The notes below the pieces were generated by a model. It did not search any database and was not told where the DNA came from. It saw only the letters and a list, made by a program, of their open reading frames with translations. Positions 20,506 through 33,394 of a stretch of 64,000 nucleotides of DNA are shown in pieces. The DNA comes from Azolla caroliniana (Eukaryota > Plantae > Polypodiophyta). The first letter of the stretch is position 1, and every line of letters starts with the position of its first letter. The DNA lies in contig JBHGNT010000012.1 in the NCBI GenBank assembly GCA_043228905.1, positions 6,324,001-6,388,000 of the forward strand, given 5' to 3'. The position numbers and the translations under genes are program-made.

Positions 20506-23139
20506 TCATATGACCATATTCGATAGCAACAAAACCGCCGCGGTGTTCTCCCGTTCTAATTCTAGAACATACTCCGCAGCACAGGTAGCTAGATTGACAT
20601 TGTTACAGAATTTACATGCAGAAAGTAATGACATCCATATATCAACATTCGGTTCACACTGTATGTTTTCAACTACATATAGAGCCACATCTAACTGCCC
20701 CGCACGGCTGATAAGATCAACAAGACAGCCATATGACTCAATTGATGGGGTTATGCCATTATCCCTCATACACATGAAATAACTACAGCCTTCCAAAACT
20801 AGGCCAATATAATTACATGCACATATAATAGAAATATACGTTATATGATCGAGCTTACCACCTCTTGAATGCATTCTATGGAAAACCGCTGAAGCCTCAT
20901 TAAAAAACCCATGTTGAGCATATCCAGCAATCATCACATTGCAAGAGACCATATCTTGGTCCATCAAATTCTCAAACAAGTTGGATGCATCCATTATACT
21001 ACCACATTTGGCATACATGTCAAGCAGTGTACTTCTCACAAAAGCATCACATCCATATAAGGTTTCCCTTACAATGACATGTATTTGCTTACCATAGTCA
21101 ATAGTTACTAGATCGGAGCACACCTTGAGGACAGTGATAAATGTGACCTCGTTCGGTTCCACACCCTCTTGTAGCATCTCGAGAAAAGAATCATAAACCT
21201 CTTGGCCATGCCCATGTTGGGAATACCCTGTGATAAGGGCATTCCAAGAGACGATATCTCTTTCGCATAGTTCCCTGAAAACGTCCAGAGACATATCCAT
21301 TCGGCCGCATTTTGCATACATGTCAATGAGAGCATTCCCAAGAAATATGTCAGAGCTGAAACCAGCTTTATCAATGAAAGCATGGATTTCCCTACCGATG
21401 TCATATTTTCCTGAGTTAGTACAGGCTTTGAGGATGCTCAAAAATGTGACTTTATCAGGGGCAATACCCTTGCATTTCATTTGCTCAAAAATATCCAAAG
21501 CTCCTTCGATGTGTTTATGCTGAGCATAACCCGCAATCATCGCATTCCATGTCACCAAATCATGTTTTTCTAATCTCTTAAACATTGTGCATGCATCGTG
21601 TAAACTATTGCATTTTGCATACATGTCAAGTATAGTATTTCCCACCTCAATGTTAAGATGAACCCCACTTTCGATTACAAGGTTATGAACACATTTCCCT
21701 CGCTCTCCATCGCCAAGAAATGCACAAGCCTTGAGAACACATGTAAAGGTCGCTTCGTCTGCTTTCACACCTTCAACAACCATCATCCTTGTAAAGAGTT
21801 TGAATGCCTGCTCTGCACACTCGTGTTTTACAAACACTGAAACCATCGAGTTCCAACACACCACGTCTTTATGAGGTATCTTGTTAAAGACATTGTATGC
21901 ATTCTCTAGCTCTCCACATCGTCCATAAAAGTCAATGAGTGTGCTTGCTGCAAACCTATCTAACTCCATCCCACATATGTACACATATTTGTGAATTTCC
22001 ATGCCTTCTTTTAGAGCTTCTATACTAGTACAAGCTTTCAATGCTGTGGCAACAGTGATACTATCAGGTTTTACCCTCTCCACCACCATTTTCTTTAGCA
22101 TTATCAATGCTCGTTCAAAATGCCCATGCTGCACATAACCCGAGAGCATAGTATTCCATGTGACGATCTCTGGATTAGGAACTCTATCAAAAACCTCTTG
22201 AGCTTCGAGTAAAGCTCCATATTTGCAGTACAAATTTATGAGACTGTTGAAGAAACATAGGTTTAGTTCAACTCCACAATGCAAGGCCCACACGTGAATA
22301 TGCTGGCATTGGTTAAGGCCCGCAGCGCCACACGCCTGGAGGATGCAAAAAAAAGTGAACCCATTACACATTACACCCTCTTGTTGCATAAGCTTTAAAA
22401 GCTCAAACGCTTTCCAATGATCACTAAAGTCAGCATATCCTGATATCATGAGGTTCCATACAACAATGTCTCGGTTCGGCATGTGAAGGAAAGCATGGAA
22501 GGCATCATCAAGGCTTCCACATTTGCTATACATGTCTAGAAGGCTACTATTCACAAGTACGTTCAATTCAAATCCATACATGATAATGCAAGCATGGACA
22601 TTCGTCCCTTGCCGTAGAGTTCTAAGGCCACCACATGCCTTCAAAACACTTAGAAAGCATATTTCATCGGGTCTGATACCATTCGTTTCCATTGTGACAA
22701 ACAATAATAAAGCGTCTTCAGAAGCTTTATGTTTTGCATATGCTTCAATCATGATAGTCCAGGAGAACACATCTCGATGTGGCATGGAATCAAACATCTT
22801 CCGAGCATCGGATAAGCATCCACATTTCCCATATAGATTTACAAGGGCATTCCACAATATGTTATTTGGTTCAAAATCATGCCTGGCAATGTGATCATGG
22901 ACGTACATTCCTTTGACAAATTCCTTAAGGCTAATGCATAGTTGTATAAGCCTGACATAAATGTAGTCGTTTCTGGTCAAATGTGTTGTATCGAGTGAAT
23001 CCAACATGTGCAATGCATCGTCGAGCATTCCTTGTTTTATGAGAAGTTTAAGATGTCTATTCTCATGAATCTGGGATGTTCCAGAGATCGAGGCGGCAGA
23101 AGAACAATAGGCTCTCCATAAGTGTTTCTTCTCTCTCAT
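20506..23139 (-). CDS. PLS-class pentatricopeptide repeat protein with E-type C-terminus, no DYW seen (organellar RNA editing factor family)
   Basis: Uninterrupted ORF of about 877 aa with repeated P-L-S motifs (LIDMYAKCG, DVVSWNAMI, PDxVTF), ending YGCLVDLISRAG...WMSLLSAC...VLLLSNM. First ATG at 23139 (track start is GTG). Confidence 0.93.
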   Translation of the reverse strand: MREKKHLWRAYCSSAASISGTSQIHENRHLKLLIKQGMLDDALHMLDSLDTTHLTRNDYIYVRLIQLCISLKEFVKGMYVHDHIARHDFEPNNILWNALVNLYGKCGCLSDARKMFDSMPHRDVFSWTIMIEAYAKHKASEDALLLFVTMETNGIRPDEICFLSVLKACGGLRTLRQGTNVHACIIMYGFELNVLVNSSLLDMYSKCGSLDDAFHAFLHMPNRDIVVWNLMISGYADFSDHWKAFELLKLMQQEGVMCNGFTFFCILQACGAAGLNQCQHIHVWALHCGVELNLCFFNSLINLYCKYGALLEAQEVFDRVPNPEIVTWNTMLSGYVQHGHFERALIMLKKMVVERVKPDSITVATALKACTSIEALKEGMEIHKYVYICGMELDRFAASTLIDFYGRCGELENAYNVFNKIPHKDVVCWNSMVSVFVKHECAEQAFKLFTRMMVVEGVKADEATFTCVLKACAFLGDGERGKCVHNLVIESGVHLNIEVGNTILDMYAKCNSLHDACTMFKRLEKHDLVTWNAMIAGYAQHKHIEGALDIFEQMKCKGIAPDKVTFLSILKACTNSGKYDIGREIHAFIDKAGFSSDIFLGNALIDMYAKCGRMDMSLDVFRELCERDIVSWNALITGYSQHGHGQEVYDSFLEMLQEGVEPNEVTFITVLKVCSDLVTIDYGKQIHVIVRETLYGCDAFVRSTLLDMYAKCGSIMDASNLFENLMDQDMVSCNVMIAGYAQHGFFNEASAVFHRMHSRGGKLDHITYISIICACNYIGLVLEGCSYFMCMRDNGITPSIESYGCLVDLISRAGQLDVALYVVENIQCEPNVDIWMSLLSACKFCNNVNLATCAAEYVLELERENTAAVLLLSNMVI

Positions 23140-23202
23140 GAACACTCAGCAAAAACATACATATGTATAAACATATAGACAAACTCTGTCAAATTTGTTA
23201 AA

Positions 23203-24159
23203 GGGAAAAAAAAAAGGATGTGATTTCATACCTTAGGGTTAAGAGATTGATGGGTCTACAAGTTTTGATCTTCCCTGTCGACATAAACGAGAGAGATGAT
23301 ACAGACCTTTGCTCTGTTTGGCCATGAAAGAACCTTCTATGAAGGAATTCCACTGATATGCTGAGGATTTAAGCCACATTTGGGGGAGATAAATATAGTT
23401 AGGGGTAGTTGGGGAGATAGTGATAAATTTAGGGGTACTTGGAGAAATAGTGATAAACGATTTAGGAATTCCACTTATATATGTTGAGGATACATATAAC
23501 CCAATGCTAACAATCGGCAACGGTTCGGTTCGGTTCGGTTCGAGAGGGTTCAAACTGAACCGTTTAACATTTTTTTAACCTGAACCGAACCACGAAACCG
23601 TTAAACAATTTTCAAACCGTAAAAACCGCGGTTTTGTGGTTCGGTTTCGGTTTTCAACATAGGTCAAAAAAATTATTTTTTATTTTTTATAAAACCTCGT
23701 TAAACCGTTTAAACCGCGGCTTCTGGCTGTTAAAACCAAACCGAACCGTTTGAAAAAACCTAAACCTAAACCGAACCGTTGAGCCGTTGAGCCGCGGTTT
23801 CACGGTTCCGTTGCCGATTGTTATAAGCCACAAAGGAAGGGCATTTAGGGGAGATAAATATACTTAGGGTTACTTGGAGAAATAGTGATAAACGATGCAG
23901 GAATTCCACTTATATATGTTCACATACATATAAACCTCAAAGGAAGAGCATTTAAGGGAGATAAATATACTTAGGGGTACTTGGAGAAATAGTGATAAAC
24001 GATGCAAGAATTCCACTGATATTGTGGAGGATATAGGCCATCAGAGTATTTGGGGGAGATAAATATACTTTGGGGGTACTTTGGGGAAATAGTGATAAAA
24101 TTAGGGGTACTTGGAGAAATAGTGATAAATGTAGGGGTGTAATTCAAGTGTTTTTTCCC
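23203..24159. mobile_element. Possible non-autonomous MULE-like element with tandem subrepeats, just upstream of the PPR start
   Basis: GGGAAAAAA...TTTTTTCCC imperfect inverted ends; flanks TTGTTAAA / TTGTAAA; many copies of 'ttaggggtacttggagaaatagtgataaa' in 23380-24130. Confidence 0.45.
23508..23823. mobile_element. MITE with perfect 16-bp TIR and AACCG subterminal repeats (hAT-like)
   Basis: TAACAATCGGCAACGG ... CCGTTGCCGATTGTTA; no clean TSD. Confidence 0.8.
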
Positions 24160-25222
24160 TTGTAAATTAAGGTGTGGGTGGAGAGATGCTTTAAGAAAGC
24201 TTCTATTGTCTGGGTTTTGAACTGGGGTCGCTATGGTGAAATCATTTAGTTCTTAGGATTGGATATGTGTGCTCCCGAACCTCATGTCTATATATCCCTC
24301 TCTGTCCTGTCTTGTTGCTCAATAGACTCTACAGTCTTGGAAGGGGTAACATATGTGTTAGTAGTTCCTTCGGTTGCAATCCACGAAGGCTCTAGTTTCA
24401 TCTCCTTCGCCTCTTTTGTTTTTGTTACGTCCTTCACATCAACTTGCTTTACATGTACAACATTAATTGCAAAATACCCAAATGTATATAGAGCATATAT
24501 ATATATATATATAATAAGATGCGTGAATATGCTTAAAGTAGCTCTAGGCCCAAAACTAGAATGACAAAATTCATTGGTCAGACAATCAACAAATATGTAA
24601 TTAAAGCTAAGCACAAGATAGTGATCCACCAGAATGTATATTAAAATCACCATAGGGCACACAATAATGAGAATCAAGTGTGAGAACAACAACAATGATT
24701 CAACAACATAAATAATTTGTTCTTCCCTTAATCATGTAACTATGTATTACATTACATATATTTGCCTAACTCTAGAGTTTAGTCTCATGTCATTGTTTAG
24801 GTGTTCGCTATGTATTACATTACATATATTGAGTTGGCGTAATCAATTGTTAAGATGTGTTTGTGAGTAATTGTATATTATAGTCATTTAAGTTGGTATC
24901 CTCCTTATCATGGGGTTTGGTCAAGTGCATGACATTTGTAACATGTAGTAGCCTTGCCCTCCTCTTGAATGATGGATAAAAAGCAAGGAAGACCGTCTTT
25001 GATGGCATCATGCTAATAAATAACCTTCCAAGTGGAATCTAATATACTAGTGTCCGATAACGATTCTTTTTTTGGGCAAAACTTCAGGATGACTGTAGAA
25101 GGCGAGAGTCATGCATGTGGTGGCTTCCGGCCCGCTTTCCTAATGTGCCGCACGCGTGCGCAGGTCCCTTCCTCGGACCCGAAATTTCGGCCACCATGAT
25201 CTACCGGTGAGAAGGGGGGCCT

Positions 25223-25532
25223 TAGGAGTTGGCAACAGCTCGGCTCAAGCCTAAGCCAAACCGTCCAAACGGTTTGACAGTTGCGGTTCAGCTCGGTTCA
25301 TGTTTGAGCTTTCCCAAAATGGTTCGAGCTAGGTTTAGGAAGGCTCAAGCCAAACTGGTTAAGGCTTAACTGGTTTAGGAAGAAGAGTATCCTAAACTAG
25401 TTTGGCATAACCGGTTTAGGAAGGGGTTCGGTTCGAGTTTGAAAACTTCCAAACCAGTTAAGGCTTAATCGGTGTTCGGTTTGGACAAGGCAAAACCGGT
25501 TAAGCCGAAGCCGGAACCGTTGCCGATTCGTA
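25223..25532. mobile_element. Diverged MITE related to 23508-23823
   Basis: TAGGAGTTGGCAAC ... GTTGCCGATTCGTA ends; GGTTCG/AACCG repeats inside. Confidence 0.65.
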
Positions 25533-25824
25533 GCCCCGGCCTATCGCAAGAAATCAAGCAAAAGAGTCTCATTTCAGCTGTTGTTGGGAGCAGAGCAGAT
25601 TATAGGAGTAAAATTGCTTAGACTACAAATTTACTTGATCAGTATTATGTATATATATATATGCTTGTGTGGTTTTGGACAAAGATTTGTTCTTGGAGCT
25701 TCAATAAATTTAAATAAAAATTTAATCATTTATTTATTAATTTATTTATTGATATTTCTTTTTTCTTCTGATAGACTTGAGGGGCAGGGGCAGAGGCAGA
25801 GGCAGAGACAGAGACAGAGAAATC

Positions 25825-26247
25825 ATGGAAGCTATCATCCATCAGAGCTTAACTTCTTCTGCATCCACCTTCTTCTCCTTCCCTCACCCCCACCCCCACC
25901 CCCACCACAGATTCCTGCTTCAGAACCCTTCTTCTTCTTCTTCTTCTTCTTCTGATGTCTGCCTCAAGTCCAAGGGAGCAGTGGGAAGAATCGTTGCCGT
26001 GAAAGCAGGCCCCTCGGAGAGAACACAGTATTTCTCAGGGATCAGACCCCTGCATCTCACCACTTCACGAAGATTCCATGCCACTCAGGTCTCTCTACTC
26101 ATCCTTTCCATTCATTCTTTGAAGAATTAAAATTTTGCCATTTCTTTTAATTTTATTTTCTATTTTCCCTTTCTTTTCCATTCATATATATATCTATATA
26201 TATTGTTTTCTTTTTTCTTTTTTCTCTCTTTTTTTCCCATGTACATT

Positions 26248-26293
<46 letters not shown>

Positions 26294-27365
26294 TTAACAT
26301 ATATATATATACATATGTGGAAAATTATTTGTTTATTTATTTCTTTTACATACACACACACACACACATACACACATTTATTTATTTTCTATTTTTCCTT
26401 TCTTTTCCATCCATCCATATATATATATACATATATAGTTTTATTTTTATTAATTTTTTTCAATTTTCTTCACAGGTACATTAACATATATATGTGGAAA
26501 ATTATTTGTTTATTTATTTATTTTACATACACATACACATACGCACACACATATATTTGTTTATTTTTTTATTTTATTTTCTATTTTTCCTTTCTTTTCC
26601 ATATATATATATATAGTTTTATTTTTAGTATTTTTTCCTTTTTTCTTCACATGTACATTAACATATGTATGTGGAAAATTATTTGTTTATTTATTTAGTT
26701 ATTTTACATACACACACACACACACATTTATATGTGTGTGTGTGTGTATTTCAATACATACATACATACCTGTGAGTGATCTCATTTTCCACCAATTAAG
26801 CATTGGAGTGGTGAATCTTGAGAGAAAACAAGAAGGAAAACAGAAGAAGAAGAAGAAACCTGATGCTTGTGGGTTGTATGTTCCGAAAGGGCCACAATTC
26901 GATTTCCAAACCTCTCCGATCGGCTTGATTTCTTGTTCATGTTTTTCATGTGTTTTGGGTTTTTTCCCCGCAGGTCCATGCTGCGAAGCAAACATTTTCG
27001 AGCTTCGATGATTTGCTCAAAAACACCCAAACTGCATTGTTGGTGGACTTCTATGCCACATGGTAATCATTGCCTTAATCCTATGGTTAAGCATTCTGTT
27101 CTATATATATATATATATATAGGTTACGGACTTCTTTTTCCCTCCTCTTGTAACATTTCCTGTCTTCTCATTTGCATAAGAACATAATCAGGGTTTTTTC
27201 TCGTTCAATTGTTATGTGCTCATTAATATAGTCATTTCCTTGATTTGGCCCTCGAGCTTTTGTGCTTGTGTTATACTTGTCTCATCACAGTGAATGACCT
27301 ATTGTGGGTTCCATAAAACCACTATACATAAGGTATTCATATGTATTTGTTCATATATTCATATG

Positions 27366-27405
<40 letters not shown>

Positions 27406-28031
27406 GATGTTTAGGGTTTAGGGTTTAGGGTTTTAGTGTTTATTGTATGTTTGTGTAACACCATCATACCTAAATATAGCAAATGTTATCGTATGTGCAG
27501 GTGTGGACCCTGTCAATTCATGGTTCCTGTCCTTAATGATGTTGGTAAAGAATTGAAAGATAAACTTCGCATCGTAAGTATATGCTCTTACTCTCCAAAT
27601 TTTGCTCTCGCATCGCTATTTTCTTTTAACAGGAGAAATGAATAATGTGTATATATATATATATATGGTTATAGGTGAAGATTGATACAGAGAAGTACCC
27701 GAACATTGCAAGCCGATATGGTGTACAAGCATTACCAACGTTAATGCTCTTCAAAAATGGCGAACCCATCGATCGACTAGTAAGCACATACAAACCCTAA
27801 TTATGCTGGCACACACACCCAATCCATTGTCATTAATCATAATCATAGCACAGATCTGGTTGTCGTTATTGTATTATAATCAATCGGTTTTGTCACTTAT
27901 CTTATGGATGAAGGCTCATATATGGTAACTTTATTGTTTTGGTATTCTGTAAAACATTATAGGAAGGAGCTATGTCAGCTCAGGATCTTGTAAAGCGGAT
28001 TGAGGCAGTGCTCTCTGCATCAAAAGCTTAA
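25825..28031 (+). CDS. TRX-y: Plastid thioredoxin y, 5 exons (25825-26088, 26974-27062, 27501-27573, 27675-27779, 27963-28031)
   Basis: Spliced product: Ser-rich transit peptide, KQTFSSFDDLL..LVDFYATW-CGPCQFM..VKIDTEKYPNIA..ALPTLMLFKNGEPIDRL-EGA; all introns GT-AG; motifs typical of y-type Trx. Confidence 0.92.
27410..27430 (+). repeat. (TTTAGGG)3 telomere-like tract in TRX-y intron 2
   Basis: tttagggtttagggtttaggg. Confidence 0.7.
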
Positions 28032-28847
28032 ATCGGAAGAGTAGCTTTTTTGTGTGTGCTAAGCCTGAGAAATTTATTGGTTGTAAAAGACAATATACCT
28101 ATGTTTTATATGCATTTGGATAGGGGGTGCCGAATTTTGCATTTGCTGAAATTCTGGGGAAAATGCAGACTTTTGTAACAATATTTCTTTCGTATAATTC
28201 CTGCTTGAGGAAGAAGAGACTGAGATCATTCATCTAAATGGAATGGGAAGATGTGACGATAAAGAGATTATATTGGAAAAGAGAGAGCCTGAATTATATT
28301 GAATTTGTTGGTTTGAATTGTTTAGATGAACTGTCATTGATCTTAAAACAAATGGATTTACGAATGCTTTACAACATTTGGCATTGCTCCGCCTCTAATT
28401 ATCATTTTTTGTGCAATAAAGTAAATTGGAACAAGGATGTCAACAATTGACCATCATGTGAAACCACGAGATTTTGGGGTTACTTAACTTTGTTTCAATC
28501 CAAAAAAAGTAAAAACAAATTATTAAGGAGAACTTATGCGAGAATATATGAAGGCCATATGAGATGTATATCTATCGTGGTGACAACGTAATAAGTCACT
28601 TGGAAGATGTTAGGATACACTCATCTCCTCTTTTGTAAAAACATTTTATTCAATGCGAAACACTTGAAAAGTGAAATTTTGTGTGACCAACACTTGAAAT
28701 CAAATCCCATGGTGGTATGTGAGGGCTAAAAAAGTTTGATTCTCTCATTAGCTTATATAGCAAAACCTTTGGCATATGTCTAGATCAACATTCATGATTG
28801 AGGTTCATGGAGAAAATGGCTTTTACCATGTCAACATCCATCCCCAT

Positions 28848-28967
28848 AAAGGGATCATCACAATTGTCATTACCCATTAAAACTTTGATTCCTTATTACA
28901 TGTTTCTAAAGGGATCATCACAATTGTCACTACCCATCAAAACTCTAATTCCTTATTACATGTTTCT
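28848..28967. repeat. 60-bp tandem duplication
   Basis: aaagggatcatcacaattgtca...ccttattacatgtttct occurs twice. Confidence 0.8.
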
Positions 28968-29842
28968 TATTTCTTACCCTAGGAGCTCAAGCTTTCTTCA
29001 TCCATGTCATGTTAACAAACTAATACTATGAGCTAGACATTGGATAGTTCCAACCACATAACATGATACAGTCAATGCACAATATACATGTCACACTTTG
29101 TGAAGTCTAATTGGGAGTTCAGAATAAAACAATTCTCGTTAGCATTATTAGGACAAAAGCTCTTTTATAAGGGGAGCAATTGTAAAAGGTGATGATTGTT
29201 ACAGATGTGCTTAAGTAGTAATCTAGAAATGCCAAAAGAGGTCAATTTGTAGCCATAGAACATTTTAGTGGAGAGACGCCTTGCCTTATAAAGGTTTCCT
29301 TGTACAATGTTACTACCTACATGAAAGGTGAAGAACCCATATACAAGTGTTATGTATTTGAGTTGGTAGGATGGAGCTTTGAGATCTGTGGCCTTATAAA
29401 AGGTCTACTTGTGCAATGTAACCCTACATGAAACAAACCGCTCGAACGTAACAAAGCACTTCTCAACTTTTTCTAAACACACATTTGTATCTTGTAGTGG
29501 ACTAGACATCAAAGGAGGTACACAAAACACGCACGAGACATGAGTACACATGCACGATGGCAGGGTCCATTACGTAAGTCAGAGGATGGCAGGGCAAGAT
29601 CCACCCCACCATAAGTCAAAGGGCAAGCAGTAGCAGAGGTGTTGCTACTATTACTACATATTAGTAGCTCTAATCAGTAGTAATTAGTACTAGTTAGTAG
29701 TAGTACTACTAATACTACTAATTAGCAGTTCTAATTAGTAGCAATTAGTAGTAGAACTACTAATTAGCAGTAATTAGTACTAGTAGTAGTACAAAGGAAA
29801 AAAACAAAAGAATACTTGCTAGTAGCTACTACTATATTTAGT

Positions 29843-29889
<47 letters not shown>

Positions 29890-30020
29890 ATAGCCAGGAA
29901 ATATAGCCGTTATAAGGGCTCTGAGATTTGAATATATCTCTCTGCCTCTCCACCTTTCTTCTCTGTCTCTCACCCTACACTAGTAATCTCTGCTTTTGTA
30001 TTCGCTCCTTCCTTTCAAAG

Positions 30021-33000
30021 ATGTATCAAACCAGAGTAATGTTTCAGATCTAATCTCTCTCTCTCACTCACTCTCCTCTGGTTTTTTCTTTTTCTTTTTC
30101 TTCATCTTCCTTTGGAAGTTTATGCGAGTTTTTTTAATCCTCTTGTTCTTCCTCTTTCAGCATCAAACTGCGCTGCACCAAGATGAGAACATCAAGAATG
30201 GCAGAGATAGCAAAGCAACAACAAGAGGTAGGTGTTTGCCTTTGCTTTTCTCATCCGATTACATAAAATGAATTGTTTTTCTTTCAGATCAATGTAGATG
30301 TTTTGTTCTATATCAATGTAGATGTTTTGTTCTATATCAATGTAGATGTTTTGTTCTATATCAATGTAGATGTTTTGTTCTATATCAATGTAGATGTTCT
30401 GTTCTATATCAATGTAGATGTTCTGTTCTATATCAATGTAGCGGGTTTCCATATCTTATTCATGCTTCAAAAAACACAAAACATGCTGTAAATCTGCATT
30501 CTAATGCAATTGTGACAAATATATGCACTCTTCTTGATGTCATCAAACGCAAAGAAACATACTCAAAAGGCTTCATATGTATGTATACATAAGAAAAGCA
30601 TACTATATAAGGTATATCTATCTATTGATCCATCCATCTATCTATGTACAGACACACATGAGTACATACATATAAATGCAGTACATGAATATGTAGTTAT
30701 ATATATACATATAAGAGATGTATTGGCTTCATAGTTGCAAATGGGAAAGTTGTGGGCGCGAACAATCGTCGCGCACTTGGTGACATCGGGAACGTTGTAC
30801 ACGCAGGCCCTGGACGACAAAACAAAGAGATAGAGTGAGATTATAATGTAGAGTTAATTGTGATTCATCCGTCAGGGTTTATACAGCTTAAATCTAAACC
30901 TTTTTTGTGTCTTTGTATTAATTCTAGGGGAGAATCAAAGAAGACCTTGCAACCTCCTGTGGGAAGGCCAATCACAAGGTAAATTAATGTTAAAAAACAT
31001 ATAGTCTTCACGCATATATACTATATACTATGTAATATATGCTATATGCGTATCTGCATATCTGCTATTTGCTATATACATATGAGACAGTAATGGTAAA
31101 TACTCAGACAAAACCATTTCAAACAATGTGTTAATTCAAATTCACTTCTTCAAACAGAAGCTTTGGAGCACAACTAGCGAACAAGAAATCTCTTGCTGAT
31201 GCTTCAATTGCCATTCAGGTATTTTTCTTGTGTTCCCCATATTATGTGGATTTTCTATGCTCATAAGATCTGGAATTTTTGGGGCATAATCTCATGCACA
31301 TACTGGGATTGATGAATCAATCAATTATGTCAAAACTCCTCACAATGAAATCATCATCATCATCATTGACACTAATATGAAGTTCATTTTTAAGAAGCCA
31401 GCTTCTTTTGTATTTTGTTCAGCCTTCCAAGGAGCAAATTAAGGCAGATAATGTTCCAGGGAAAAATAGTAAAACTGCTCCAAAAGAGAGGAAAGGTCGT
31501 ACACTCACATCGACTCTCACTGCCCGGAGTGAGGTAAAAAAGAATCTTGTTTCCTTCTATGGAAAGTTACATCCATTTTCATTGTTTCACTAATTTAGCA
31601 AGGCCCACATCCATCTTGTTTCTCGTGTTAAGAATTCTAATTATTCATCCATTCTGTCTTGTAAAACCATACCCACGTTTCTTGTGTTATATAATTCTAA
31701 GCATACATCAATTCAGTCTCTATGTGGGGAGAAGAAAGAACAATTGCCTGATATCGATGCTGAAGATGTGGGAAACCAATTAGCTGTTGTCGATTTTGTC
31801 GAAGACATTTACACTTTCTATCGCAAAACTGAGGTAAACAATAATCAACGAGACCCATCTATCATCAGTGTAACCAAATTATTTGTTCTCTCTCTATATG
31901 TGCATATGATTGGTTTTTTGTGCAAAAAGGCTCAAAGTTGCGTCCCACCTGACTACATGTCAAGGCAAACCAACATCAACCATAATATGAGAGCTATCCT
32001 TGTGGATTGGTTAATTGAGGTAATAAATTGTTTTCAATATATATTAGTGTAATAGATCTATATATAATGTATTTATTTTGATTTTCCCCATTGCTGTGGA
32101 TGCATGACCATCTCATGTTTTTTATTGGATTCTTCCTATCATTCTTAGGTTCACTTGAAGTTCAAGTTGATGCCTGAGACATTGTTCTTGACCACAAACA
32201 TAATTGATCGGTACTTGGCGATTCAAAGTGTTGAACGAAAACGGTTACAATTGGTTGGTATGACAGCCCTACTCATTGCATCGAAATATGAAGAGATATG
32301 GGCACCTGAGGTATAATACTTCAATATATGTTTTGTATATATGTACCACTCACATCTCCATTATCATGGGCACCGTCTTTACATTGACCTCTTTATTTAT
32401 GCAAGGTCAATGATTTCGTATACATCTCGGATAATGAGTACACACGGGAGCAAATACTTGATATGGTAAACCCTAAACCTTTTAGTTAGAGAGGTTTCTT
32501 GCTGCATATTAGCTATAAAGGAACCCTAACCTCTTGATTTTTTAACAGGAGAAGACAATGCTAAACATATTGAGGTTCAATCTTTGTGTTCCAACACCTT
32601 ACGTGTTTGTTGTGAGGTTCCTGAAAGCTGCTAAATCAGATCAAAAGGTAAGAACAGGTAGTCATATACACCCATATGCATACACATTTACATTTATATA
32701 TACCAACATTAGTGCACATGTTACATGTCAATCCTACATATATGCATACATGCATTTATCAATCCTACATATATAAACTTATATATTGGCGATCTTTTTT
32801 TGTGTGGTTGCAGTTAGAGATGTTGTCATTCTACTATGCAGAGTTATGCCTTGTGTCCTATGAGATGGTCAAGTTCTGTCCATCATTGCTAGCTGCTTCA
32901 GCTGTCTACACTGCCCAAAACATGTTGAAATCTGAAGAACGACAGTATAACTGGAGCAAGCTTCTCAAGCATCATTCAGGCTATACAGAATCACAACTTA

Positions 33001-33394
33001 TGTAAGTTTCCATTTTATTTTTTTGCTTCTTTACAAGCTTACAAATGGTTTTTTGCTTTTTTCCAATCCCCACTTTTCATTAAAGACAAGATGAATCTAT
33101 ATTTAATATAATTGAATTGAATGAACTGGTTTTAAATTCCTTCTCATCAATAAATGACATGATCATTGATAAAGATCAATTGATTAATGATGTGAATACA
33201 CAGCAATGGTTGTGAAATTGGTGATGATTTATGTATGTAGGGAATGTTCAAAGAAGATGGTGTGCTTACATGAGAAATCAGGAGAAGGGGGAAATCTGAG
33301 CATGGTGAAGAGGAAATACTCTCTGGAGAAGTATGGATTTGTTGCTCTTCTAAAACCTGTTCCTCCTCCTGAACCAATAACCATATATGAATGA
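30021..33394 (+). CDS. CYCB1: Mitotic B1-type cyclin, multi-exon (start exon tentative)
   Basis: D-box RRALGDIGN (about 30767-30795), RPITR-SFGAQL, cyclin box [64 protein letters not shown]; last exon 33241-33394. Confidence 0.92.
30288..30440. repeat. 24-bp minisatellite (about 6.5 copies) in a cyclin intron
   Basis: atcaatgtagatgttYtgttctat repeated. Confidence 0.9.

Noticed and set aside
26135-26698. F/I/Y-rich ORFs
   Set aside because: Translations of (TA)n/(CA)n/T-rich repeats in TRX-y intron 1.
30192-30491. YIDIEQNI repeat protein
   Set aside because: 24-bp minisatellite within a cyclin intron.
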